A stretch of 44,343 nucleotides of DNA from Gammaproteobacteria bacterium (GCA_041589615.1 JBFHVK010000002.1:1-44343); one strand, 5' to 3'. Numbered from the stretch's first letter, positions 35,953 through 42,644 are shown. A program made the numbers and translations. The notes: generated from the sequence alone by a model not told the origin.

Positions 35953-36249
35953 ATGAGTAACTTAAGCATATTAAAATCAATTGTTGAATCTGACCAAGAG
36001 GCGGCAGATTTGGAGTTCAGAGCTACCATGCTGATTTGCATTAACCAGATGATAAAGGAAGCTGGCCTGACACCTAAGCAGGTGGCGAAAATATTAGAGG
36101 TTCCAGCGCCACGGGTTAGCGAACTATTGGCTGGCAAAGTATCATTGATGTCTGCAAACAAGCTGATCAAATACTTAGGCGCGTTCGGGTTTAAGATTGA
36201 CATGTCATTTAAAGACGGAAAGCTATCGGCTGAAGTGGTTAGCGTTTAG
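35953..36249 (+). CDS. XRE-family HTH protein resembling HigA-2-type (COG5606) antitoxins. It may be a repressor.
   Basis: LTPKQVAKILEVPAPRVSELLAGKVSLMSANKLIKYLGAFGFKIDMSF. GGAG lies 7 nt before ATG 35953, with an alternative in-frame ATG at 35941. It is the only + strand gene inside a minus-strand region. Confidence 0.65.
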   Translation: MSNLSILKSIVESDQEAADLEFRATMLICINQMIKEAGLTPKQVAKILEVPAPRVSELLAGKVSLMSANKLIKYLGAFGFKIDMSFKDGKLSAEVVSV

Positions 36250-36279
36250 CCTTGCATTTATGCCATTTTCTGGCAGAGC

Positions 36280-36288
36280 TGGTATAAT
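36280..36288 (+). promoter_or_regulatory. Extended -10 promoter (TGgTATAAT) directly after the HTH stop codon.
   Basis: The sequence reads gagcTGGTATAATgtgc. It points into the ORF-free region B. Confidence 0.5.
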
Positions 36289-36294
36289 GTGCTG

Positions 36295-36830
36295 GAGCAA
36301 CGCATCAATGTTTCCTGTGCGTTGTGATAGGCGTGAGAACCTAATGCTGAGCTAGGCAGCGTGGCAGTCCGAAATGACCGCGCCGTAAGCGATAAACTAC
36401 CTAGCAACTATCCGGAAAAACCAGTGAGTTGCCGGCAATGAACCGTGGTGGCGGCCGCCCTCCTCGTAGAATGAATAAGCGGCCTTTGAATGAATCGAGT
36501 GTATGAACAGGTGGCATACGCCAGCACTCATCCGGCCAATGGCTGTCAGCCCAAGAGCGACTATAAAGCGAGCCTAGTTAGCAACATCCAGAGGAATGAT
36601 TCCGTTGCACGAGCCGAAAGGCCCTGCCAGTCAGGTTAAATCGTATCTGCTGAGGTTATTGTTTGTAGCTTAACCGATTAGACAAGGAAGTCTATCTTTG
36701 AGGTTTGCCTCGCCCTATCTCACGACAGTGCTTAGCGTCTGGTTAACTATACCAGCACGAGATGCGGAATCACCTTCCTTATCTAATTGCGATGAGTGAC
36801 TGCAAAATACCAACAGTCATGGTTATTATA
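36295..36830 (+). ncRNA. Candidate large (~0.5 kb) structured RNA B. The + strand is favoured, and an antisense transcript is also possible.
   Basis: No ORF of 60 aa or more occurs in any frame across about 590 bp. Many local helices are present, including the GAAA tetraloop hairpin 36613-36622, 36298-36304/36318-36324, 36351-36356/36400-36405 enclosing 36359-36364/36378-36383, 36453-36458/36479-36484 and 36634-36639/36670-36675. A terminal hairpin lies at 36797-36802/36814-36819. Confidence 0.4.
36746..36754 (-). promoter_or_regulatory. Extended -10 promoter-like element (TGgTATAGT) on the minus strand, convergent with the one at 36280.
   Basis: The minus strand reads cgtgcTGGTATAGTtaacc. 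It shares GCTGGTATA with 36278-36286 as an inverted repeat. Confidence 0.4.
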
Positions 36831-36843
36831 AACTAATTGTTGG

Positions 36844-37026
36844 TTATACCACAATCAGAAACCCTATCCACCCAATAGCGCCCCAGCAAAACATTGCAAT
36901 CATTGCTTTCGTTGAGCATTCATTCTCAGACCTTCGCCCTGAAAAGTACCCCTTGCAAAACCACATTGACTCAGCTGTTTTACACTCATCAAGTACCAAT
37001 TTTTCTACATCATCAAGATAGGCCAT
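36844..37026 (-). CDS. Small membrane protein (60 aa).
   Basis: The C-terminal TM reads AMIAMFCWGAIGWIGFLIVV. A 3-nt gap separates it from the upstream gene. Confidence 0.5.
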   Translation of the reverse strand: MAYLDDVEKLVLDECKTAESMWFCKGYFSGRRSENECSTKAMIAMFCWGAIGWIGFLIVV

Positions 37027-37029
37027 ATC

Positions 37030-37353
37030 TTATACCTCAATTAGTGATTCTTTCCACCAGTCGGTATTTGGAGCGCATGCCATCTTTCCGACCAATACCG
37101 TAGTGTCGCCATCTGTATTCATCCATAAATCACCAGCCTCTGTAGGCGTAGAGTCAAACGCGAATATACGTAGGTCACTATCTGTTGCGATGGCCTTTAC
37201 GTTCTTATGGACCACCAGCTTAACACCAAAATAATCAACCACTTTCTGAGGCTCTTCCAGCTCGAATTTAAACGCCTGCTCGGCCTCTTTGTACGCCTTC
37301 TGCGCCGTCTTAGCTGTGTAGGTTATTGGGTGCACTCCGTTATTGTCTAGCAT
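37030..37353 (-). CDS. Hypothetical protein (107 aa).
   Basis: The ORF is tightly packed in the operon. Confidence 0.55.
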   Translation of the reverse strand: MLDNNGVHPITYTAKTAQKAYKEAEQAFKFELEEPQKVVDYFGVKLVVHKNVKAIATDSDLRIFAFDSTPTEAGDLWMNTDGDTTVLVGKMACAPNTDWWKESLIEV

Positions 37354-37354
37354 G

Positions 37355-37525
37355 TTAGTTCTCCTGCTTGTTCATAGTGTTAATTGCAGCCTGCCACGAC
37401 TCCCACGCCAGCTGAATGCTCATATACTGGTATTTATCAGTGTCAAGCTCGTGTCGCTTTAGCATTGCTCGTGATGCTATATCTGGTCTGCTTAGCAGGT
37501 ATGCTTCAAAATCTTCTCTTGCCAT
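37355..37525 (-). CDS. Hypothetical small protein (56 aa).
   Basis: AGGAG lies 6 nt before ATG 37525. The product reads MAREDFEAYLLSRPDIASRAMLKRHELDTDKYQYMSIQLAWESWQAAINTMNKQEN. It fills the gap exactly and is below the ORF-track cutoff. Confidence 0.55.
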   Translation of the reverse strand: MAREDFEAYLLSRPDIASRAMLKRHELDTDKYQYMSIQLAWESWQAAINTMNKQEN

Positions 37526-37526
37526 T

Positions 37527-37736
37527 TCAATCTCCTATCAATCTATATAAAAAATCATCAACCACGATGACAGTGGTGACTTTAACCGGATCAGTTGGCG
37601 GGTACTGGTCATCACCGTTAATGCTAAACCATGCCTCCAAGCCGGTGCTCATTGGTATCATATCGGCCTCTACCTCGTGGCCTGCTACGAATATTCCAGG
37701 CATCCATGTTGTGCGCTCTGATGGTTCCTGCTGCAT
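37527..37736 (-). CDS. Hypothetical protein (69 aa).
   Basis: GGAGGA lies before ATG 37736 (MQQEPSER), just after the upstream stop. Confidence 0.5.
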   Translation of the reverse strand: MQQEPSERTTWMPGIFVAGHEVEADMIPMSTGLEAWFSINGDDQYPPTDPVKVTTVIVVDDFLYRLIGD

Positions 37737-37737
37737 G

Positions 37738-38067
37738 TTAGTCCTCCAATAAATGCGCAAATTGAGCCATGCGGTTGATTATCAGTTCAATAAGCTCAGG
37801 CTGCATATTGTAATACTCGTCTTCTATATCCAGCGTAATTGCTAATTTCGTATCCAAAGCATCGGGAAACCTTTTTCTCAGTTTTATCCGGTGTTCGCGC
37901 TCCATGCAAAAGAATATATCTGCCCACTCCACCAGCTCTTCAGTTAGCGGCACTAGGGCATCGCTTGCAGTGCCTGCGCATTTTGCCGTATAGCCATTGT
38001 CATTAAGTATCTTAGCTGCTGTATCTGAGCGTAATGCGGCCATAGTGCAAATGAAAAGAATGTTCAT
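37738..38067 (-). CDS. Low-molecular-weight phosphotyrosine-phosphatase-like protein (COG4551-like).
   Basis: The N-terminal P-loop ILFICTMAALRS fits C-X5-R-S. The size is about 109 aa. It is the first gene of the leftward early operon. Confidence 0.55.
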   Translation of the reverse strand: MNILFICTMAALRSDTAAKILNDNGYTAKCAGTASDALVPLTEELVEWADIFFCMEREHRIKLRKRFPDALDTKLAITLDIEDEYYNMQPELIELIINRMAQFAHLLED

Positions 38068-38088
38068 CTCATCCCCTTAAATTCATTG

Positions 38089-38128
38089 TTGACACCACAA
38101 TAGTAGGCGTATATCATGACCGCGTCAA
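38089..38128. promoter_or_regulatory. Overlapping divergent early promoters.
   Basis: Rightward: TTGACA (38089-38094), 17-nt spacer, TATCAT (38112-38117). Leftward on the minus strand: TTGACG (38123-38128), 17-nt spacer, TACTAT (38100-38105). Confidence 0.6.
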
Positions 38129-38150
38129 GTGCAAAAAACAGGGGATTAAA

Positions 38151-38324
38151 TTGAAAAATTATTTAACAATGCAAGAAATTAGTGATAGGCTGCAAGTGAT
38201 GAATGTCAGCAAGGTTGCGCAGGTTACTGGCGTATGCCGCAACGTGGTATCGAATGCCAAGAAAGGCAAGTTGATTAACTACGAGGCAGGGCGCAAGATT
38301 GCTGAGTTTTTGATTAATCAATAA
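38151..38324 (+). CDS. Cro-like small HTH protein (57 aa).
   Basis: RBS agggga lies before TTG 38151, with an in-frame ATG at 38169. The HTH reads MNVSKVAQVTGVCRNVVSNAKKGK. It is the first rightward gene and is below the ORF-track cutoff. Confidence 0.55.
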   Translation: MKNYLTMQEISDRLQVMNVSKVAQVTGVCRNVVSNAKKGKLINYEAGRKIAEFLINQ

Positions 38325-38334
38325 GGGGTTGAAG

Positions 38335-39102
38335 ATGAGCATAAAAAACATGACGCTCTGGGATAAGGTTCAAAAGACCAACCCAGCGTTCACCAAGGAG
38401 AATAAGCACGGTGCAGGCGGCGGAACAAGCATTAACACCACCTACGCATTCAAGTGCGCAACTGAAGCCTTTGGGCCAATCGGTATTGGCTGGGGCTATG
38501 AAGTATTGGCTGATGAAATTATTGAAGGAGCTACCGTATCTTTTGGCGCTAAAGAGTCTCAGCAGTTCATTACTGAAAAGATTCATACGCTCAAGATTAA
38601 ATTTTGGTATAAGCTGAACGGCGAGCGTGGAGAGTTTGAGCAGTACGGGCACACAGACTATGTGGGCAAGAATAAGTATGGCCCATACACTGAATCAGAA
38701 CCGCAGAAGAAAAGCCTTTCAGACGCTATTAAAAAGGCTCTGTCGATGCTTGGCTTCAGTGCTGACATCTACCTTGGCATGTATGATGATATGAATTATG
38801 TTAATTCAGTCATTGCAGAAACATCAGCAGAGACAGCCGAGGAGATTATAGACCGTGAAGAAGCCAAGGCTCAGGAATTCAGAGACTGGGTAGAAGAACG
38901 GAAATCAATATACGACGCTGCCCAGTCGGTCAATACCGTTAAGACTGCGCACAATAAGTCACTACGAGTATTGAACGAAAGGTTCAGTCGTGGATTGATA
39001 AGTCAAAAACAACATGACGGCGCTGTTATAGCGCTTGAAAAACACTCAAAATCAGTAATTGAAAAAGGAGAATCAGGTGAAGCAACTATACAAGATAAGT
39101 GA
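38335..39102 (+). CDS. Rad52/Sak-like single-strand annealing protein.
   Basis: KKSLSDAIKKALSMLGFSADIYLG resembles the conserved Rad52/DUF1071 helix-hairpin region. A Gp157-like gene and SSB follow it. Confidence 0.55.
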   Translation: MSIKNMTLWDKVQKTNPAFTKENKHGAGGGTSINTTYAFKCATEAFGPIGIGWGYEVLADEIIEGATVSFGAKESQQFITEKIHTLKIKFWYKLNGERGEFEQYGHTDYVGKNKYGPYTESEPQKKSLSDAIKKALSMLGFSADIYLGMYDDMNYVNSVIAETSAETAEEIIDREEAKAQEFRDWVEERKSIYDAAQSVNTVKTAHNKSLRVLNERFSRGLISQKQHDGAVIALEKHSKSVIEKGESGEATIQDK

Positions 39103-39571
39103 TGATTTCAAAGGCCTTCAGGAGCTTGTTGATAACGGCGAAGTAACGCCTGACATGATTGCAGACACGCTAGAAGGCGTTGAGCTAATGTTTAACGAAA
39201 AGGCTGCAGCCGTTGTTACGGTTGCGAATCAGTTTAAACTTGATGCTGAGCTAATCGACACTGAAATTAAGCGACTTCAGGATATGAAGAAAAGTATGCT
39301 TGGTCAGCGCGATAGCTTGATTGAATATCTTCGCACCAATATGGAGAAGAGCGGGATTAAGAAAATCGAATGTCCATTATTCAAGATAACATTGCGTGAT
39401 GGCAGTAAAATGGTAAGCATCACAGACGAGTCGGCATTGCCAGATGACTATGTGTCGGTTAAAACGACCATCGCACCGGATAAGCGTAAAATTCTGTCAG
39501 ATTTAAAAGCGGGCGTTGAGATTGAAGGCGCAGAAATTGAAATCGGTAAATCATCAGTATTGATTAAGTAA
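39077..39571 (+). CDS. Siphovirus Gp157-like protein.
   Basis: AAGGAG lies 6 nt before GTG 39077. The N-terminus LYKISDDFKGLQELVDNGEVTPDMIADTLEG and the ~165-aa length fit the Gp157 family. Confidence 0.6.
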   Translation: MKQLYKISDDFKGLQELVDNGEVTPDMIADTLEGVELMFNEKAAAVVTVANQFKLDAELIDTEIKRLQDMKKSMLGQRDSLIEYLRTNMEKSGIKKIECPLFKITLRDGSKMVSITDESALPDDYVSVKTTIAPDKRKILSDLKAGVEIEGAEIEIGKSSVLIK

Positions 39572-39580
39572 GGAGCTACA

Positions 39581-40030
39581 ATGAACGTATTAACAATATC
39601 AGGAAACTTAGGCCGAGATTGCCGACTAAACCACACACAATCAGGAACGGCAGTGGCTGGATTTGCAGTGGCTGCCAAGGCTGGCTTTGGTGACAATGAA
39701 CAGACTATCTGGGTTGACTGCTCGCTGTTCGGTAAACGCGCTGAAAGCATTGCTCCTCATTTGGTGAAGGGCCAACAGGTGGTAGTATCCGGTGAGATGG
39801 GAACGCGCGAGCATGAAGGCAAAACGTATGTCACGTTACGCGCCAATGATGTAACGTTGGTTGGTTGTCGTCCGGCACAGCAACAAGCGCCAGCGCCGCA
39901 GCAGTACCAGCAGCCACAGCAACCAGCACAACAGCCACAACCGCTCACACAGCCACCGGCTCAGGGGTTTGGTCAGCCGCAGCAGTCGCCAGCAATGGAC
40001 GACTACCTAGATCAGGATATACCTTTCTGA
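39581..40030 (+). CDS. ssb: Single-stranded DNA-binding protein.
   Basis: It has an OB-fold N-terminus, a PQ-rich linker and the acidic tip DDYLDQDIPF. Confidence 0.9.
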   Translation: MNVLTISGNLGRDCRLNHTQSGTAVAGFAVAAKAGFGDNEQTIWVDCSLFGKRAESIAPHLVKGQQVVVSGEMGTREHEGKTYVTLRANDVTLVGCRPAQQQAPAPQQYQQPQQPAQQPQPLTQPPAQGFGQPQQSPAMDDYLDQDIPF

Positions 40031-40054
40031 TCAAAATGACAACCTAACAACAAA

Positions 40055-40068
40055 GCCCCTTCGGGGGC
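40055..40068 (+). other. Stable UUCG hairpin after ssb with no U-tract. It may be a stabiliser or attenuator.
   Basis: gcccc-ttcg-ggggc. Confidence 0.4.
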
Positions 40069-40081
40069 GCAGGAGACGAAA

Positions 40082-40294
40082 GTGGAAGCAATAGACCAAG
40101 CCACATCAGATAGAATCGAACAGCTGCGCATGAAGACGCTACTGTACAAAGCAGAGTCGAAAATGAATAACGCGCAACTAGCCGAAGATTTCGATATATC
40201 TAAAAACGTGGTTGATAAATTTTTGAATAAATCGCAGGTACCAGGCGGGTTCAATCTAGTTAAGATTGCTGTCAGCTTGGGCGTTAAAATATAG
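40082..40294 (+). CDS. Small putative HTH protein.
   Basis: AGGAG lies before GTG 40082. The motif NNAQLAEDFDISKNVVDKFLNKS is present. Confidence 0.5.
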   Translation: MEAIDQATSDRIEQLRMKTLLYKAESKMNNAQLAEDFDISKNVVDKFLNKSQVPGGFNLVKIAVSLGVKI

Positions 40295-40305
40295 GAGAAG
40301 TGAGA

Positions 40306-40665
40306 ATGAAGGTTAGTATTTTGCACGGAATTATCGCTTCTTTTACAGTTGTACTTATAGCTTTGTTTGGTGGTGCTGACTTAACCGAAAGGGGTTTTGA
40401 TCTCGGCATGACTATCTTTGCCTCATTGTTTGCTGGGCTTGTGTTCCCTCAAATACAAAAATCACTCAAGGAGTTAAAAATGAAGATTAGTATTTTACTT
40501 GGCGTCATAGTTTCAGCACTAACATTTCTTGTGCCTTGGTGCTGGGGCGCAGACCTTTCAACGAGGGGCGAAGACTTAGGACTGACTGTGTTTTTGGCAT
40601 CAGTTTTTGGTCCGTTAGCTACATTTGTGGTTCTGTCATTTTTTGAGGAGAGACAGAATGACTAA
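40306..40665 (+). CDS. Membrane protein made of two tandem ~58-aa paralogous units.
   Basis: Unit 1 reads MKVSILHGIIASF...GADLTERGFDLGMTIFASLFAG. Unit 2 reads MKISILLGVIVSA...GADLSTRGEDLGLTVFLASVFG. An internal AAGGAG+ATG lies at 40468-40482. Confidence 0.6.
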   Translation: MKVSILHGIIASFTVVLIALFGGADLTERGFDLGMTIFASLFAGLVFPQIQKSLKELKMKISILLGVIVSALTFLVPWCWGADLSTRGEDLGLTVFLASVFGPLATFVVLSFFEERQND

Positions 40666-40777
40666 ATACTACCCCGCACAAATCCAGTCAGCAGACGAAC
40701 GCTCAGAGATTCAGCGCCGCAAACGAGTGCTAGTTGATCAGTTGCGCAAGGAGACTAAGGAGGCGCAGAAACGATGA
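40658..40777 (+). CDS. Hypothetical small basic protein (39 aa).
   Basis: GAGGAG lies 7 nt before ATG 40658. The ORF overlaps its neighbours on both sides, with ATGA at 40774. Confidence 0.45.
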   Translation: MTKYYPAQIQSADERSEIQRRKRVLVDQLRKETKEAQKR

Positions 40778-41316
40778 AGCAAATAAGCCGTGAAGAAGTT
40801 GAGTCGCTGATGAGTCAATGCCAGATCGGCTTTGGCGGGCACAATGCGCTGGACAATGCGCATGCCTGCCTGGCAGAGTGCCATTCAGTTTTAGGCTTAC
40901 TACTTCAAGAACGCGAAGACTTGCTAAAGAAAATCCCAAAGGCCAGTACAGGCAAATGGACAATGACCAGGCTTTGGCGCTCATGGATGGCAAGCACAGC
41001 CGAATACATGGCCGGGCAAGGCGCCATAATGCCGCTGGTGGTGTCGAAAGACGGAGCCTATAAGAAGACAAGGCCATTCAATCAAGAAGACGCTCACGAG
41101 CTGTTTACGGCGCACTGGCTAGGCCATGATTCAGATGGCAATAGATTTAGCTGGTCAAAGTCTAAAAAGGACGGGCCAGTTGCAGATAAGGGCCAGAGAT
41201 TTCACGCGATGCAAAAACATGAGCAATGGATGATTGAGAGAGGAATTAAGCACATCAACCCGAGAGAGTCAGAGTTTGCGCAGTTGCTTGCTATGGCTGA
41301 TGGAATGAATGTATAA
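40774..41316 (+). CDS. NinB/Orf-like recombination mediator (tentative).
   Basis: The C-terminal two-thirds loosely resemble lambda NinB. Segments TRLWRSWMASTAEYM and GQRFHAMQKHEQWMIERGIKH occupy positions equivalent to conserved NinB segments. Confidence 0.3.
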   Translation: MKQISREEVESLMSQCQIGFGGHNALDNAHACLAECHSVLGLLLQEREDLLKKIPKASTGKWTMTRLWRSWMASTAEYMAGQGAIMPLVVSKDGAYKKTRPFNQEDAHELFTAHWLGHDSDGNRFSWSKSKKDGPVADKGQRFHAMQKHEQWMIERGIKHINPRESEFAQLLAMADGMNV

Positions 41317-41369
41317 TTGATTTCGAGGGTGACTCCTTCCCTCAGCTTCGTTTCAACTCCTAGTGATTT

Positions 41370-41397
41370 AGCCCCTATGCGTTAGGGGCTTTTTTTT
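41370..41397 (+). terminator. Rho-independent terminator.
   Basis: agcccct-atgcgtt-aggggct, followed by ttttttt. Confidence 0.85.
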
Positions 41398-41400
41398 GCC

Positions 41401-41478
41401 TCAAATAGAATAAAACACGCCGCATGCTATAGCGGCCATTAGTGTGCAGGTTGTTATTGCGCATAGTAGTTGTTTCAT
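41401..41478 (-). CDS. Possible 25-aa hydrophobic peptide with a lipobox-like AIAC motif.
   Basis: MKQLLCAITTCTLMAAIACGVFYSI. Its ATG overlaps the stop of the upstream gene as ATGA. Confidence 0.25.
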   Translation of the reverse strand: MKQLLCAITTCTLMAAIACGVFYSI

Positions 41479-41693
41479 GCTAATCCCTCCGGCCATTCAG
41501 GCGCTGGTTCCCAGTAGATAATATCCTCTACCGATGTTGAATATGTGTCTGAGTCTATATCAATAGCCGCATCACCCGCGTAGGTTCCGAGAGCCATGGT
41601 TAACCCTCCGAGTCCTGAAATCTCACCGTACCAGAAACCGACTGCAATTATAGATTGACCAACAACTGGACGTTCTTCACTAAACTTTTTCAT
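41475..41693 (-). CDS. DUF551-like small protein.
   Basis: The C-terminal IIYWEPAPEWPE resembles the DUF551 W-x-P-x-P motif. RBS aggagg is present. Confidence 0.45.
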   Translation of the reverse strand: MKKFSEERPVVGQSIIAVGFWYGEISGLGGLTMALGTYAGDAAIDIDSDTYSTSVEDIIYWEPAPEWPEGLA

Positions 41694-41756
41694 ATTACCT
41701 CCTATTTCGAGTGCTCAGCATAGCAACAAAATAACATAAAAACAAATAAAAAATTG

Positions 41757-41785
41757 TTGACGGATAATGTTTGTGGGGCTAGTAT
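41757..41785 (+). promoter_or_regulatory. Sigma70-like promoter: TTGACG, 17-nt spacer, TAGTAT.
   Basis: attgTTGACGgataatgtttgtggggcTAGTATgcagg. Confidence 0.6.
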
Positions 41786-41818
41786 GCAGGTGCGAAATAA
41801 ATAAACAGGAGTTAGCAA

Positions 41819-42058
41819 ATGGCTAAATTATTCTCAAACGTCAAATACGTTCTAATCAATAAAGAGTTCAACACCTACGCGCTTGACTGCACAGCTGACC
41901 GAGTTTCTCCGCATGTTGGTGAAGCATACCGAACCAGCAAGCCAGCAGCTGTTGCCGCGCAAAAGCATATCTCTCAAATATGGGGAGAAGATTTCTCTAT
42001 CGTTAAGGTTATTGAAACTTATAACGATGATCACACAATAACAACAGCCTTGGCATAG
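41819..42058 (+). CDS. Hypothetical protein.
   Basis: RBS aggag is present. Confidence 0.5.
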   Translation: MAKLFSNVKYVLINKEFNTYALDCTADRVSPHVGEAYRTSKPAAVAAQKHISQIWGEDFSIVKVIETYNDDHTITTALA

Positions 42059-42067
42059 GTGGCAAGA

Positions 42068-42385
42068 ATGGAACTACCACAAGAAGCGCACTACTGGGAT
42101 GAACTGGAAGAAGGCGAGAAAGCCGCAGAATGGATTGAAGGCAAAAAGGCGGATCTGCTTGAAGAGTTCGCAGAATTGAGCACAAGCTTTTTAGCTAACA
42201 TATTCGAGGATGAATATGACATCTCGTTTCGTGACTGGCTGGCTGACAACGTTCACAGCGATGGCGTAGTTGAGTATTTTGTATTCGGGTGGAATTCATC
42301 TTACCGGGTCGCTATGGGCCAGCTGATTGAGGCTATCGACTGGGATGAACAATTGAAGAAATATAAAGAGGAGTGTGAAGAATGA
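42068..42385 (+). CDS. Hypothetical acidic protein.
   Basis: ATG at 42068 (the track start is GTG 42059). It is coupled to the next gene as ATGA. Confidence 0.5.
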   Translation: MELPQEAHYWDELEEGEKAAEWIEGKKADLLEEFAELSTSFLANIFEDEYDISFRDWLADNVHSDGVVEYFVFGWNSSYRVAMGQLIEAIDWDEQLKKYKEECEE

Positions 42386-42618
42386 AAGAAAAAACTCACT
42401 TAAGATACTGCATGCATGGCGCATACATTGCAGGAGAGAAAGATCACCCGCAAAAGGTAATGAAAGCGATTGGGATTGAATACGAAAGAGCAATTCCTCA
42501 ATCTATTGGTGACCAATGGTGGTTCTTGCATTGTAGTAATCTTCCTGTAGAGCTACCTGAATTCCTTACTATGATGGAACTTTCAGACGAAACAAAAAAG
42601 AATTATGGCATAAAGTAA
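42382..42618 (+). CDS. Hypothetical protein.
   Basis: It has a coupled start. Confidence 0.5.
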   Translation: MKEKTHLRYCMHGAYIAGEKDHPQKVMKAIGIEYERAIPQSIGDQWWFLHCSNLPVELPEFLTMMELSDETKKNYGIK

Positions 42619-42644
42619 AATAAACGAACCAAGGAGCTATAAAA

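Noticed and set aside
36252-36257. TTGCAT as the -35 box for the 36283 TATAAT.
   Set aside because: The spacing is 25 nt, which is too long. The promoter call rests on the extended -10 (TGn) instead.
36289-36758. Long-range closing helix gtgctgg (36289-36295) / ccagcac (36752-36758) for RNA B.
   Set aside because: The 5' arm lies at or upstream of the expected transcription start. The complementarity is better explained as an inverted repeat of the promoter motif GCTGGTATA.
39757-40047. Cys/Gly-rich 63-aa minus-strand ORF and 60-aa + strand ORF over the ssb 3' half.
   Set aside because: They are frame artefacts of the PQ-rich SSB linker (cag/ccg repeats).
40730-41077. 115-aa minus-strand ORF and 81-aa + strand ORF overlapping the NinB-like gene.
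   Set aside because: They are nested in a coupled + strand gene. Their composition is Arg/Leu/Ser-rich, as is typical of antisense frames.
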